Positions 29,301 to 41,566 of a stretch of DNA of 64,000 nt are shown in pieces (the first letter of the stretch is position 1; the number at the start of each line of letters is the position of its first letter). The notes beneath the pieces are model-generated. The model saw only the letters and a list, made by a program, of their open reading frames with translations, did no database searches and was not told where the DNA came from. A program made the translations under genes and the position numbers. Where the stretch lies: the NCBI GenBank assembly GCA_044892525.1, contig CM097888.1:1922001-1986000 (forward strand). Reading direction: 5' to 3'. This stretch comes from Schmidtea polychroa. Taxonomy: Eukaryota.

Positions 29301-32300
29301 CTGGCGCTTGATATAAATATAAATTATGGAGTTTATTTTTAAAGAAAGTAATAGCTTTCTGGTAATTTGTGCCCGGTGATGGATTTATTGCTATTATAAT
29401 GACAGTAAATTTGATGAATATTTCGAGGTAATAAATATAATGAGTTTGAATTGGTTATTACGAGTCCTATAGTCAATGATGTCGTTCAATCACAATCTCC
29501 ATTAGTAATTTGACAGTGCTTGCAGTGCTCTGGTAGCCATGACAAATAATAATAATAATCATGAATAGCGTAGGTTTTCGGTTGATTGATTTACGCGATT
29601 ATATAAAATATTGCCTCTGCTTTATATATGCAGATAAATATATTCATTATCAGTTGATGAAATATTCATGGATTTGGACATTTGTTCATGTTAATAAGTT
29701 ACATTTAAATTACTCTCCTTCATCTTCAATGAAAAGAATTGACCTAGCACTCATTATCAACAAAATTTGGATCTGAGTTTTTGTCTTGTTTATTTAGATT
29801 ATCTTGTTAATCAGTGTCTTGCATATAAAAATTGGACCTACTTATATCTGACGAGCTAACAACATCTTTACATTTTGCGCGCCTCTAAACAATCAAAAAG
29901 ATCGAAATAAGTAGAAGTACACTGGTGAAAATTAAGGGAACACGAGGAATTAATAAAAGCATCCAACTAAGTTTTGTCGATTATTATTGTCTGGCCTTGC
30001 ATTACCTCCTGCTTTCCTATTGACAAGTTTAAACAATAGCACTAAAACTATACACAACCTAAAAAGATCATAGTCAACTTTGACAGGTCATTCTTTCGCT
30101 CACGGGGAAAATTTTTCTTAAGGACACTTTAAAACCACTTATGATTGGAAGTCAGCAGAAAATAATTTACATTCACTATTGGCCAGTCTGTCACTTTAAT
30201 GACAAGTGTCCATGGCCAGTGATATAAGAGCATACAACAAACCAGTTGCAAAGAAGAACCTTAGAATAGAAAATAACTGTTATTTCACAAACAATTAGGA
30301 ATATGCCAATAAAAATAACACGGAGTCTTACTGTAGATTTATCATTAATTTAAAACAAAATGCAACTCAAATTTTGTTAAAGCAAATATCAGTGGTTCAT
30401 AATGACTTCCCCTTACTCTTGCAATGTGCTTTGAGACTATCAATCCTCCAATTATTTACCACTGTCATTCTTATTAAAGCTTTCATAATTTACTGATACC
30501 CCTGATCCGAGAACAGCACTTATTGCTATTGATTTCCACTCTCGTTTCCCATCCCAACAACAGACAATATGAGATCAATGCTTAGTTACCGGGAAATATT
30601 GGAATTAAGTAAATCCAAATCCAAATAAATCTGTATTAATTATTCAAATGGCAGAATTTTCATCATTGTTTTCTATAAATAATTAGAATTTCTTGCAATC
30701 AGGAAAAGCAAATCTCGTTTGTAAGGAATTCTACAATTAATGCGTGAGAATTGATTTCATTCGTTTTACACACAAATTTTCTTTGGCACTTTATTTCTTT
30801 CTTTTATTTCTTTCACAGTGCAATTCTATGTATCGATAGTATTTTTTTTCATTTACTATCAATAGATTTTCTCCCAGTCGGAATTGTTTAAGCACCGATG
30901 CATCTTTTGTTGATTTCACATTTTGTCTTGTTTATTTGAATGAATTGTGTTTCTGCTTCTTTCAAATCGCTCGTTTTGCAACTCGGATTGATTTATTTTT
31001 TATTTAGAACTTCGATTATAATTTCACATTTATATAAATATATAAATCGATTTCGAAAATATTTATCCATTTCAATCAAAATACAAGGGAAAATCAATTG
31101 AAATATTGTAAAACAATCAAAAAACTATTTCCAATTAATTAAATAATTAATCTCTACTAAGATTTATCCGATATCATTTTAATCCCAACAATATTATTCC
31201 TAGAACATTTGGAATTTTGGGAAATGGGGGGAGTTAATAAAATTAATTAATTTCCCAATCTTTGACTTAATATTAACCAATTGGATTAACATTCTATTTG
31301 AGACCAGATGATTTCCTGAATTTAGTTACCATTACAAATCACCATTAGACAAATTAAGATACATTTATATCCATTTAGATTTCGACTCAGGCCCGTACCG
31401 TCGGGGGGGCCCAGGAGGGCCCGACCCCCCCCCCCAAATAAAAAAACGGACATGAATAAAAAATGATGGGCCGGAGTGTGTCTATAAATTTCCCCAAATC
31501 GTTAAAGGGTAGTGCTGGACAATTAAAATATTAGCCTCACAGGATTGCTTAACACCAAATGTTAACAGCGCAACAATTGTCGATACCAAACGTTGTCGAC
31601 AACAGTTGCTCTAATGTGAATCACTGCATTACATTCAATATGTTTGATAAAAGAAAAATTGCTATCGTGCACACATGCATTGACATGGGTGTGCATGAGT
31701 TGCACATGTAGAGGTTTATGTAGTATGGACGGGGGTAGGATGTTCCATCTATCTGCCTCACTGGAAGAGACTGGCATGTGAAGTCGGTGGCGTGGGTAGG
31801 GTGCGTGCTGTCTGTCTTTCCTGCCTCAGAGGCAGTAACAACGCATGGAGGCATGGTTGAGTGTCAGAGCACGGGTGGGTGCATTGTGGTCTTTATACGA
31901 TGGTAGAGAGATAGGCCAATGAGAGCACATCACATGTCATTATACTCAACTCATTCCTATGGCAGAGTGACATGTTAATTGATCATATTTTGTTACATTA
32001 TTTTCATCGTATTAGAACATGTCGACACTGTGTGGCGTGGACCTAAGCGAAACCCAACATGAATTTGAAACTGCAAAGGTTTTCCTATTGAAGAGAGCCA
32101 GTACTGTGACAAACGTTCATCAGTTAGTGCAAGAACTGTACTCATACCGAGATGCTTTTCCATCTGTCTATCGTCTTGCAGCTTCTGCACTGACAATCGG
32201 TGCTTCAACTGCCACATGTGAGGCGACTTTCAGTACTTTATCTCGTGTCTTAACTCCCTTTCGTACGTCGATTAGCCATTCTCGTAAAGCCAACCTTGTA

Positions 32301-34639
32301 TTGCTCTCATTTGAAAGTAACATCAGTAATAACATCAAATCTGATGAGTTTCTTCGGCGGTTTCATGAAATGAAAAATCGTCGACTGCAGCTATTTTGAG
32401 TCATGTCGATATCTCACACACGTAATTTCTTTTTTCTGGATCTAGTTCCTGTGTAATTTCTATTGCACTCACCTTTAGTTTTCAAATCTGTGTGACTGTG
32501 TGTGCTGTCTTTGTATGTCCAATTGTCCGTCGTGCAAATACATGCAGCTATTTGTTTTTTGTGTTTGTTCCTAAAAAATGTGCGAAAATCATTTCCTATA
32601 TACTAGTATATGCAATAATGTAGCAAAATAATGCTCAGACAAAATGGCGATTTTGCTTTCCTTTTTTTTAAATTGAACATTTCGGAGTGCAAAGTGTGAG
32701 TAGTGACTAGTCTGTTTTCATAAAATACTTAGTTTACACGAGAATTACTGGCCCCTTTAATGAGAGTCTGGGCCCCCCGTCAAAAGGTGTCACGGTACGG
32801 GGCTGTTTCGACTATAGATATATTCTTTCCCTATTGAACACTATATCGGTATTTCTTATTTCCAGTGCTAGTGACGAAACTTTGTATTAGCTAGGAACAT
32901 TAAGTTGTAATCTAAATAAGATATATAAAAATTTCAAATATTTGACATGGAGTAATAGTTTTGCAATAAATATTTTATAAATTATGCATTATTCTATAGG
33001 CAAGTTTATTTTCAGATGACATTAAAATATAATTTATATTCAATAGTTAATCAATATTTTGATAAATTATAGGATATATTGATTAACAATTGAATATATC
33101 GAAATACCATTGCATGCATTAAACAAGTAAATGATAAGATAAACCTTTTGCCGCAATATAAATTGAATGAAATGAAATAAATTTCGATTATGAAAATAAT
33201 CCTTGACAATTTTCCTAATCTAAAATTATCTTATTTAATTCAATATAAACTTTGCAGCAAAATGCTTATCTTATCATTTATTTGTTTAACGTTTAATTAA
33301 TGCTGTTGCCAAGAAATCATTATTTTATTATTTCGTATATTATTAATTAATGGATATTAATTGACTTGGATATATTGATTAACTATTAGATATATTTATT
33401 GACTATCGGATATATTAATTAATTATTTTGGAATATTGATTGGATATATTTATTGAATATTTGAAATATTAATCGACTATTGGAAATATTGATTAATTAT
33501 TAGATATATTAATTGACTATTAGATGTATTAATTGACTATTGGATATATTGATTAATTATTGGATATATTTATTGAATATTTGAAATATTAATCGACTAT
33601 TGGGAATATTGATTAATTATTGGATATATTTATTAACTATTGGATATATTAATTATTAATTTGGGAATATTGATTATCTATTGGATATATTAACCCTTTT
33701 ATACGGAGTCTACAATATATTGTACACAGTTTTGTGTGCTGAATATCTGTTGTACCTTTTCGAAAATATAATGTGAGAAGTACTTTTTAAGAAAATTGAA
33801 ATTTGTTCTAGTACATTTTATTTATTTTTTTATTTTTTTGCATAATTTGAGTCCCCTTACTAGGTTTGATGGTCTAGATAATTAATTTACCCACAGAATT
33901 AATTCCCGAATGAAAGGGTTAATTGACTATTTGCAATATTAATTGACTATCGGATATATTGGATTTATTTATTGACTATTGGGAATATTAATTAACTATT
34001 GGTAATATTGATTTGCTAATTAATAACTAGGATATTTCCGCTAATTAATCAATATGTCAAATAAAATTGAAGTTCCGGGGCGGTTACCACATTACCCATC
34101 GAATGAATTGCGCCTAAGCTAGCCATCGCGCATTTCCTACAATTTCCTATTGACTTTCTGAAAGCTATTTTTATAACATAAAAAGTAGTGATAATTTAAT
34201 GTAAGCGAAGGAACGAAGCGAGCAAGGGTATCAAAATATATTAGAAATATCTTCCAAAACCATCTTTACAGTACTGTTTTGTATTACATCTGTTCCAAAC
34301 ACCGGCATATCCGCGATTGATCGATTAATTACATGTTATTATTTGCAATGAATCCTTTTTGATAATTTTGATAAATAAATAAATTAATTAAATGAATAAT
34401 TCTCACGTGCTTCAAATCTGTTTCAGAAGCATATTGATTTTATCAAATCATTGTGCATGGAATCTGGAGCAATGATAAATTTTCAACTGAATCCTCAAGC
34501 TCAATCGATCATTGTTCAATTTACAAATTTTCAAGAGGCCTATCGGTACATAAACATTATCCAAAACCAACTTTCTCTTCGTGTCGAGCAAATCAACAGT
34601 CAAGATGAATACATGCATTACATGTCCGGTGCTAATTGA
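8031..34639 (+). CDS. TNRC6: GW182/TNRC6 (Gawky)-like miRNA silencing effector; exons 8031-8436, 8485-8795, 21431-21772, 26996-27586 or 27619, [unlocated exon(s)], 34427-34639
   Basis: W-rich low-complexity N-terminus with RWGNIKINQTTPW and DGTEVWE motifs; UBA-like QKFLQEMGFSLSDSIGALVNNQMDLPKALNEL; N-rich middle; C-terminal LCMESGAMINFQLNPQAQSIIVQF resembling the GW182 RRM (LCMQHGPLITFHLN). Splice phases consistent; 48-bp phase-1 intron 8437-8484. Confidence 0.8.
9900..10868. repeat. Near-pure A/T degenerate tandem repeat running into a gap
   Basis: AATAATATTTAATTAATAAATAATT-like units; almost no G or C. Confidence 0.9.
10869..11003. other. Assembly gap (others at 17651-17818, 45639-45817, 60184-60551)
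   Basis: Runs of N, mostly beside AT-rich repeats. Confidence 0.99.
11505..14760. repeat. Composite pyrimidine-rich satellite, ~3.2 kb, in a GW182 intron
   Basis: Shuffled subunits AATCTGTCCATCTATCTCT and ATTTTATCTTGTCCATCT(CT); also a pure 24-bp run at ~13420-13600. Confidence 0.95.
16272..16558 (+). mobile_element. Non-autonomous Helitron, 287 bp
   Basis: 5' TCTCTATATATAAAAAAGC; 3' GC-rich stretch GAAGCGAAACGAGCAGAGGCAGAGCCT ending in CTAG; inserted between A and T; second copy at 20634-20890. Confidence 0.8.
16620..17580 (-). mobile_element. Penelope-like element 3' fragment (GIY-YIG endonuclease, frameshifted)
   Basis: NCTMKNCQTPKDMCFRK..VYCVTCNVCNEIYIGSTLRTLHQRVKE-type zinc knuckle/GIY-YIG; close copy of 39700-40720. 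Confidence 0.8.
18850..19800 (+). mobile_element. Degenerate Penelope-like element: RT remnants, GIY-YIG and terminal region
   Basis: Frameshifted MGSPASPV and RYVD motifs; IVYQITCTRCNASYIGETHRTFQTRLNEH; ETLYIKKLKPSIN; AT tail, then a hammerhead-like motif. Confidence 0.8.
19716..19752 (+). ncRNA. Minimal type-I hammerhead-like ribozyme motif (U3:A8 variant core)
   Basis: Stem I ATTCAC/GTGAGT; core TTGAGAA(A); stem II GGC-AGT-GCC; GAA; palindromic AATT stem III; predicted UUC cleavage at C19746; located at a PLE end. Confidence 0.6.
20229..20306. repeat. (TA)n microsatellite
   Basis: ~39 TA units. Confidence 0.95.
20634..20890 (-). mobile_element. Non-autonomous Helitron, second copy, inverted relative to 16272-16558
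   Basis: High similarity along its length; CTAG 3' end at 20634-20637 followed by T; the 5' TC terminus is altered. Confidence 0.75.
23216..24120 (-). mobile_element. pogo/Tigger-like (Tc1/mariner) transposase relic with one terminal repeat
   Basis: TA|CCGTCTTTTTCCGAAAATAAGAC terminus; minus-strand peptides KGWCTQAVIRKWIDF, LLIWDSASSH, YLQTLDIAISKPFKDHLR, QEVVNWVKK-WDKI (DDE_1-like), with frameshifts. Confidence 0.8.
27650..28010. repeat. ~115-bp tandem repeat, ~3 copies
   Basis: Repeated TATAATTCAAAAAATCGATTT...TTATCGATTATATTAAAAATTGACG blocks. Confidence 0.8.
31388..32805 (+). mobile_element. Internally deleted hAT transposon, 1418 bp, retaining the C-terminal dimerization domain
   Basis: TIRs CAGGCCCGTACCGT / ACGGTACGGGGCTG; perfect 8-bp TSD TTTCGACT; ORF 32019-32399 FPSVYRLAASALTIGASTATCEATFSTLSRV...R..NLVLL. 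Confidence 0.92.
33108..33330. repeat. Back-to-back inverted pair of a ~60-90 bp dispersed repeat (other copies 17587-17650 +, 40723-40780 +, 45870-45958 -, 60561-60648 +)
   Basis: Shared core TTTGCAGCAAAAGGCTTAAATTATCATTTTATTGTTT...AATGCTGCT.CCAAGAAAT. Confidence 0.7.
33694..33918. mobile_element. piggyBac-type MITE, 225 bp, inserted in a ~20-bp degenerate repeat tract (33350-34000)
   Basis: TTAA TSD on both sides; TIRs CCCTTTTATACGG / CCCGAATGAAAGGG. Confidence 0.8.
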
Positions 34640-37600
34640 CATCTCTCTATCTCTATCTATCTATCTCTATCTCTCTCTCTCTCACATTGCGCATCTCTCA
34701 GTAACATCACCAATAACTTATCTTTCTCTATTTTCTTTTTAGCGCGCACACATGAACACACACACACACATACCAAAGCTCACTCAGTCAATCAATCAGT
34801 GTGATTCTTGACGCCGTCATATATATATTTATTGGACTTTCTCGTCATCGCGTAACGGGCGGCGGTATCAATAGAGCAACATTACTCGCGTTCTCGCGCA
34901 CGCCTATCAGACTATCACTGCTATATATACGTATTTATTATTATTTTTGCCTTGGTTCGATTTTTACACAGACCACTCGCTTTCCTCTCTATCTGTCTGC
35001 GCGTTTGTGCTATTGTTATTATTGGATTATTACTATTGTTATTATATTATTATTATTACATTAACGATTTCAATGCCCAAATATCTTTCCTATCCCAACG
35101 AAACCTATCTATCTATCTATCAATATCTATCTGTTTATGTTTATGTTTACGTTCAAATTGTGATCAAGTGAGACCAAGAAGCATTTTCGATTATTCTTTC
35201 ATATTTACTGTTATATTGATATATTGATATATTGATATATTGATATATTGATATATTGATATATTGATATAATGATATATTGATATAATGATATATTGAT
35301 ATATTGATATATGGTTGTTATAAATGGCTTGCGCAGGTAATTGTGTGTGTGTGTGCTTATTATTGTGTTGCGATCGATGGAATGTGTTGTTGATTGATGA
35401 ATCGGTTGTGTCGTGATCGCGCGCGCGTGTGTGTGTTGTATGGAGTTGCAATATATATATATCAGGTTTCATATCGGAATATGTATTCGTATCGGTAATT
35501 GTTCAACAAAAAATGCTGTGAGCTGGAAAAGAGAAGGAAGAGAAAGAGAAGAGATGGATATTCATTATTTGCAGCAGCTATCTGTGATCAATTCTATTCT
35601 TGCTGTTCTTATTACTGCTTTTCTCATTATTTCCTCGCTTTATTTCACTGACTTTATTCTGCATTAATATTATTATTATTATCTCGGATTCTCTATCTTA
35701 TCCTGTCTTTCCATCTGTCTGTTTGTCTTGGTCTGTGATTGGCTTGTGTTACCTTCCTGTTATTCTCTAGTATTATTAGATTTCCAGGTCCTCAAATATA
35801 GCAAGTAATCCTCTGAATTATTCACTCATTTGTTTCACTGTATTTGTTTTGTATCTTGTCTTGGTTTGTGAATGATTTGTTCTCACCATCTAGTGTTTGT
35901 TATTGTTGCGATTGCCATTGCCATTGTGATTGTGTGATTGTTACTGTCTCCAAGTCATCAGATTTCCAGGACCTCAAAATGAAGCAAATCAATATTAGAT
36001 GATGATAATAATGATTATGATGATACTCTGGGTGCTTTTTGTAGAATTTGCATACGACAGCAATATTTATATATTATTGAATTATTGAATTATTATTATC
36101 GTTGTTGTTGTTGTTGTTGTTGTTGTTATTTTCAATAAACACAAACAAAAATATCAGAAAATGGTTGATAGCGAGAGAGAATTTGCATCAATGATGAGTT
36201 ACCAACAGTTGTCGTCCCCATCAACCAATCTGCCAATTTGAATCAATTGTCTTTCATGGTTTGCAATTATCTATTTTTAACAAATAAACAAACAAACAAA
36301 TATCTTAGAAAACAAACAAATATAAATATAATATATGTATTATTGATTTATTTGTGTAAAACGACAAAATTTTGTCTCTGTGTGTGATTATTGATTTTAT
36401 GACCAAAGATTAATAATAATAATAAATAATCATGATTTCATTCATCGATTATATCAATTGTGTTTTTAAAGCTTGCTTTTAAATCTCTTGTACATGTATA
36501 TATATATATATATATTCTCTCTGTCTGTGTGTGTGTGTGTGTTTATCTGTGTGTTTTATTATTATTATTATTGACTTTTAAACCAATAATCCATTTTTGA
36601 GTATTATTGATTATCTATATTATTGATTATTGTGTTATTATTATTGATATAATGTGCATTTCATTGTTTTCAGAGAATTCCAGGCTCATTTATAGGGGAA
36701 ATAAAATTATTGCAATCTTCTCTTATGCTGAGTGTATGCGAGTATATTTGTGTGTGTGTGTGTGTTTGTATGTAATTGTATGCACATGTTATCATTTACA
36801 GATTCAAATCTAATAAATCAATCAATAATCGAAGAGTTCAAATTGATTTTTCTCTATTTCAAAATCGATTTTATTCAAACAAACAAATCAATCAACCAAA
36901 CACACAGAGCGACTGTCAAAAGTCATTGAAGCATAATTTATCTATTTATTTATTTATCTAACCTATTGGCATCTCTCAAGCAGGCATCGTGGATCACAAA
37001 TACACACACACACGTATATATAAAAATTTTGATCGATGATTTTATATATTATTGATTTTGTGTATTTTATCAACGATCGAGTTTACTTTTGATTTCAATT
37101 TTTTCGGATATTTAACATTCAAATAATAATCAATAGTGATATATATATTGCATGCTATTTTCTGGTTGTGGTGTGTGTGTGTGTGTGTGCTTGATGTAAG
37201 TGTGCTAATTGATTTACTATTGTGTAATTCACCGCTCATCCATGATATTATACATATTATATACACAATATTATCGTGTTTTTGTAGCCTTTGTGATTTC
37301 ATTATGTTTTATTTTTAGAATGTTTAGTAATTCCAATATCCGTCTGTGTTTACATATATTATTATTAATACTATTACCATATTTTATTATTATATTTGTT
37401 GCCTTTATTGATATTAACGCTTCTTCATCTTATGCGTCTTAATCGAATGCCGCCAAATTGGCGCTTTTATCTGTCCATTAATACATGTCATTTATTAAAT
37501 TTCTATTTTTTATTATTGATTGCACGCGTTTTCATTGATTTATTATTGTTGTTATTATTATTGAAATATTTATAAAATTGTTATTATTTCAAATAATAAT

Positions 37601-39699
37601 CTATTAGTCTGTCAGAATGTCTAATTTGCGCATGAGTGTGTGTGTGTGTGTTTGTCTGCGCATTTGTGTATGCGCGTAATCAATGTTTTGTCATAGATCA
37701 CATTGATTTTAATTTTGATCTCTATACATGCTTATCAATGCATTAGAATTTATTTTATTATATTTAAACGGTCACACTTATATTTGGCTTTCCATATATT
37801 ATCATGTTACCGACACTCAATGTTATCCAGTATTGATTTTGGCTCAAAAAGTTCCACAGCTTTATCTTTGTAAAGATACAAGTGTTTATTATATATATAT
37901 ATATATATATATTATTTGTGCGTGTTGTGACATGTATTTCTATGATGTTTATTGATTATTATTATCATCATCTGTACTCATTGAAATTTAGTTTTCCGAC
38001 AAGTTGTATAAAACAGCCTTAAATAAATTTTGTTGTGTATTAAATGCATTTTTGGTTATAAAATTTCACTGACTATTTTGCTGACCTTAAAAGCAGACAA
38101 TGTCTTCGTGTCTCTACTGAAATTTATAATAGCAACGCATACTTAGGCATCGTTGATATGGTAACTGCATGACAACCGTCGATTAGCGAGTCAATGTCGC
38201 TTTTAAAAATTTGACACACATTCACAACTGTCTGCTTCATTAGAATTTGTAGTTCAGTAAATAAATTTTATTTATCGATTTCGCTCTAAAATAACTTTAA
38301 ATGCAGATAAAGTAGTGACTTTCTGGTAACCAAGGAGCTGAGATAGTACTCATTTAGTGAGTAGTATATTATTGTTGTCATGCATTTTCCGTGTAGCGGT
38401 GTGATACTATTGTTGATAGGTGATGCAATTCTGATTTTGCAGATTTAATGATTGTTTTATATATATTTTATCGGGAATCTAAGTTTTTTATTCAACAGAA
38501 TTAGATTGTGATGCGATTCACCTAGTTATTGTAGCCTTATTGTCTCATTTGCATGAACAAAATGGAAAATTTGTTCAAACGGAGGAGCAGAGAATGAATT
38601 ATAAAAATCATGAAATTAAAGGCGGCCGAAAAATTTACTCGTGAAATTAGTAACTGTCTGTTTTTTCTCATTGTGAAAATAAGGATGAAAATTTTCAATC
38701 AGCTGATTAAAATATTTCCATTTATCTGATATTATTTTATTTGATTCCCATTAGACAACAAATCAGATTAGTCCGTAATTTCAGACTTGATTCACAGCAA
38801 AATGGTACAGCAATGTTCCCATGTTTTCACACCAATTACTTTCTGCCGCATGTCTACTTTCAAGGTTGTTTGGGAAATGTTTATGAATAGGATTTGTTAA
38901 TGAATTGGATTTATAGAATGTTACTAAAATTGCTGCAAAATTTCCCTTTGGAATCAAGTTTCGGAATTTTGTTTTCTATTACTTCAGTTTAGTTAATTTT
39001 ATGAAATTCTTTCTTTAGTTATTAGTGCTGATATAAGGTATTGTCAGGCCCCGTGGACCACGGGATCATTAAAGAGAGAAAAAATATGAAAAACAAATAA
39101 CGTTGTTGGATTTTATCATTAAATATTCAACTTATTCTGATTTTGCCCGTTTCTTTGATCAAAATATCACAACCCTACAAATAATATAGTTTATTTCTTG
39201 ATGACAAAACTAGAAAGTGAATTGATAACAAAACGTTCCAAATAGTTGATATTATAACATCTTCTAGATTATTTTTTAAATCCGGTTCAAACGATAACGT
39301 CATGATTCCAAATATTTATTTAATGAAATATTGTATAATAACGTCATGATTCCAAATATTTATTTAATGAAATATTGTATAATTATCAAACAATTTTTCA
39401 GCCTTGAATTTAATATTTTCAAAACCATTTATTAAAATTTCGATATTTAAAACTTATTTATTTAAAATTTCTCTTTAACAAAATCTCTTCAATTTAAAAA
39501 TTATTTTAATAGTCGATTATTTATCATTTAAAATTATCCTAATTAATCAATGAAATATTTAATTCTCAGCTGAAAACGGTCCCTCTGAGCTTCTCAAACT
39601 TTTTTACTAGGCGACCCTTTAACGCAAGTTAAACGAGAAACGAAGAATAGCCAATCGATGCACGGAAAAAACGAAAACTTTAAAGAACAATGAAATTTC

Positions 39700-40720
39700 A
39701 ATAAATTCCTACACAGAAACGGATACCGAGGTGACGACAGTGAAAGAATGAATTCTACCCCAAGAAGATCTAGGGAGTTGACACAAAAGAATCAGAAATA
39801 TTTCAATCTGAATATCCCAGTGACATACTCGACTTCAAGATCCTGAAAGAACTTAAACGTACCGGTATTACAATAAGGAAAGCACATAAATCTTGGACAC
39901 TGAGAAGGGCTCTGACAGGCAACTTAAATAGAGAAAACAATTGCACAATGAAAAACTGCCAGACATCGAAAGATATGTGCTTTAGAAAAAACATCGTCTA
40001 TTGCGTCACGTGCAATGTATGCAATAAAATCTACATTGGAAGTACACTCAGGACCTTGCACCAAAGAGTTAAAGAAAACCTAGATCCTGGTGGAACATCC
40101 TCGTTGGGCAGATATCTCCGGGAAGGTCAGAAAGGTCAGAAAGAAAAAATATTTCAATCGAAATCATAGCTAATGGAAACATCCAAAAGAAAAATGTCAG
40201 AATCAAAGTAGCAATTCTCATCATAAACAGACAGCCAAAGATCAACACTAAAGAAGAAATCAATGAAATCATGAATTTGATCTGTTGTCAATGACCTTGA
40301 GAATAACTGACAATATATAAAGAAATTTAAAAAAAATATAATAAATTAAAAAGTAATAATTAAAATTATATAAAAAATTTTAGGAAATATACTTTCAAAA
40401 AATAGGATTAAAAATCAAAATTGACACATTTATTGAAATATTTAAATAACGTTTATAAGTAGTTATTGGAGGCTTAATTTTAAAATATTTTGAAATATTT
40501 TATTGGGCTTCTAGAAGCTAATTATAGAAGCTTTATAGAAAAAATTTAGAAATTTCTAGTTTGTGTCATTTTGAAATTTTAAATGATATTTATTTTATTT
40601 TATTTTTAATTTATTTTCAATAAAATTTTTAAAATTTTTAATAAATAAAAAAATAAATAAATTCATAAAACGAAAGTATATATTATATTTATAACCAATG
40701 AGAATTAAGAGAAAGTCTAA
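39700..40720 (+). mobile_element. Penelope-like element 3' fragment (GIY-YIG), same family as 16620-17580
   Basis: MKNCQTSKDMCFRKNIVYCVTCNVCNKIYIGSTLRTLHQRVKE; shared AT-rich 3' tail. Confidence 0.8.
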
Positions 40721-41061
40721 CATTTTTTCATTAAATACATTATTTGCAGCAAAAGGCTTAAATTATCATTTTATTGCTTTACATCGAAAGTTATTAAAAA
40801 ATAAATTTTTAAAGTTAATTTTACTCAAAACATTCTAATCAATAAAATTACTTACAAAATCAAAATTGTTATAATTTATTTTATAAAGGAATTGTTTAAA
40901 TAATATATATTTATTCTTTTAGATTATTTAATTTTATATTCCTCAATTTATTAAAAAACTAAAGTTTTCATTTTCTATTATTCTTTATAACGGTTGTGCC
41001 CAATTAAATTTAATTTTCTTGACCAATTATAACTAATAATTTATTTCTGTAAATCTGATTA

Positions 41062-41533
41062 ATGATGGAAAAGTGATGATTATTTATGTTATTCAATTTG
41101 AATGATTTTTATTACAGCAATGAATTAGATGATTTGATCAGCAATTTGAAACAACAAGTAAAAGTTGGATGCTCAGCAGACACGATTAAAAACATAGTAA
41201 ACGAAACCATTATTGATTTGAATGTATAATACTAATTTTTATCTCTCTGTAAATTATCTATCTGTAAAAACAGTTCAAATCAAATGCTTTGCATTGCGCA
41301 TGTAAAGAAGGAAATTTTGATTATGTAAAATTTTTAATTGATAATAAATGCGATATCGAGTGCGGGGATTTCAACGTGAGTACCAATTACTTGATCAGTT
41401 TAATAATTTGAATTGGAGAAACTAAATATTAAATGTTATTTAAACTAATTAATTATTTAATATAGCAGTAATTGATACGTAAAGAATCAATAATTAATTA
41501 ATATGCAATTAATGATGAATAGATAAAATGATC

Positions 41534-41566
<33 letters not shown>

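Noticed and set aside
28921-29640. Coding-looking minus-strand stretches
   Set aside because: Stops in all frames and no identifiable family.
32340-32375. CTGATGAG...GAAA hammerhead-like core
   Set aside because: Lies inside the hAT ORF and no convincing stems I/III form.
34015-34245. Helentron/DINE-like end (GCGAAGCGAGCAAGGGTAT)
   Set aside because: No matching subterminal repeats or second copy in the window.
34650-37900. miRNA hairpins in the CpG/TG-rich region
   Set aside because: No recognisable conserved mature miRNA or clean hairpin found by eye.
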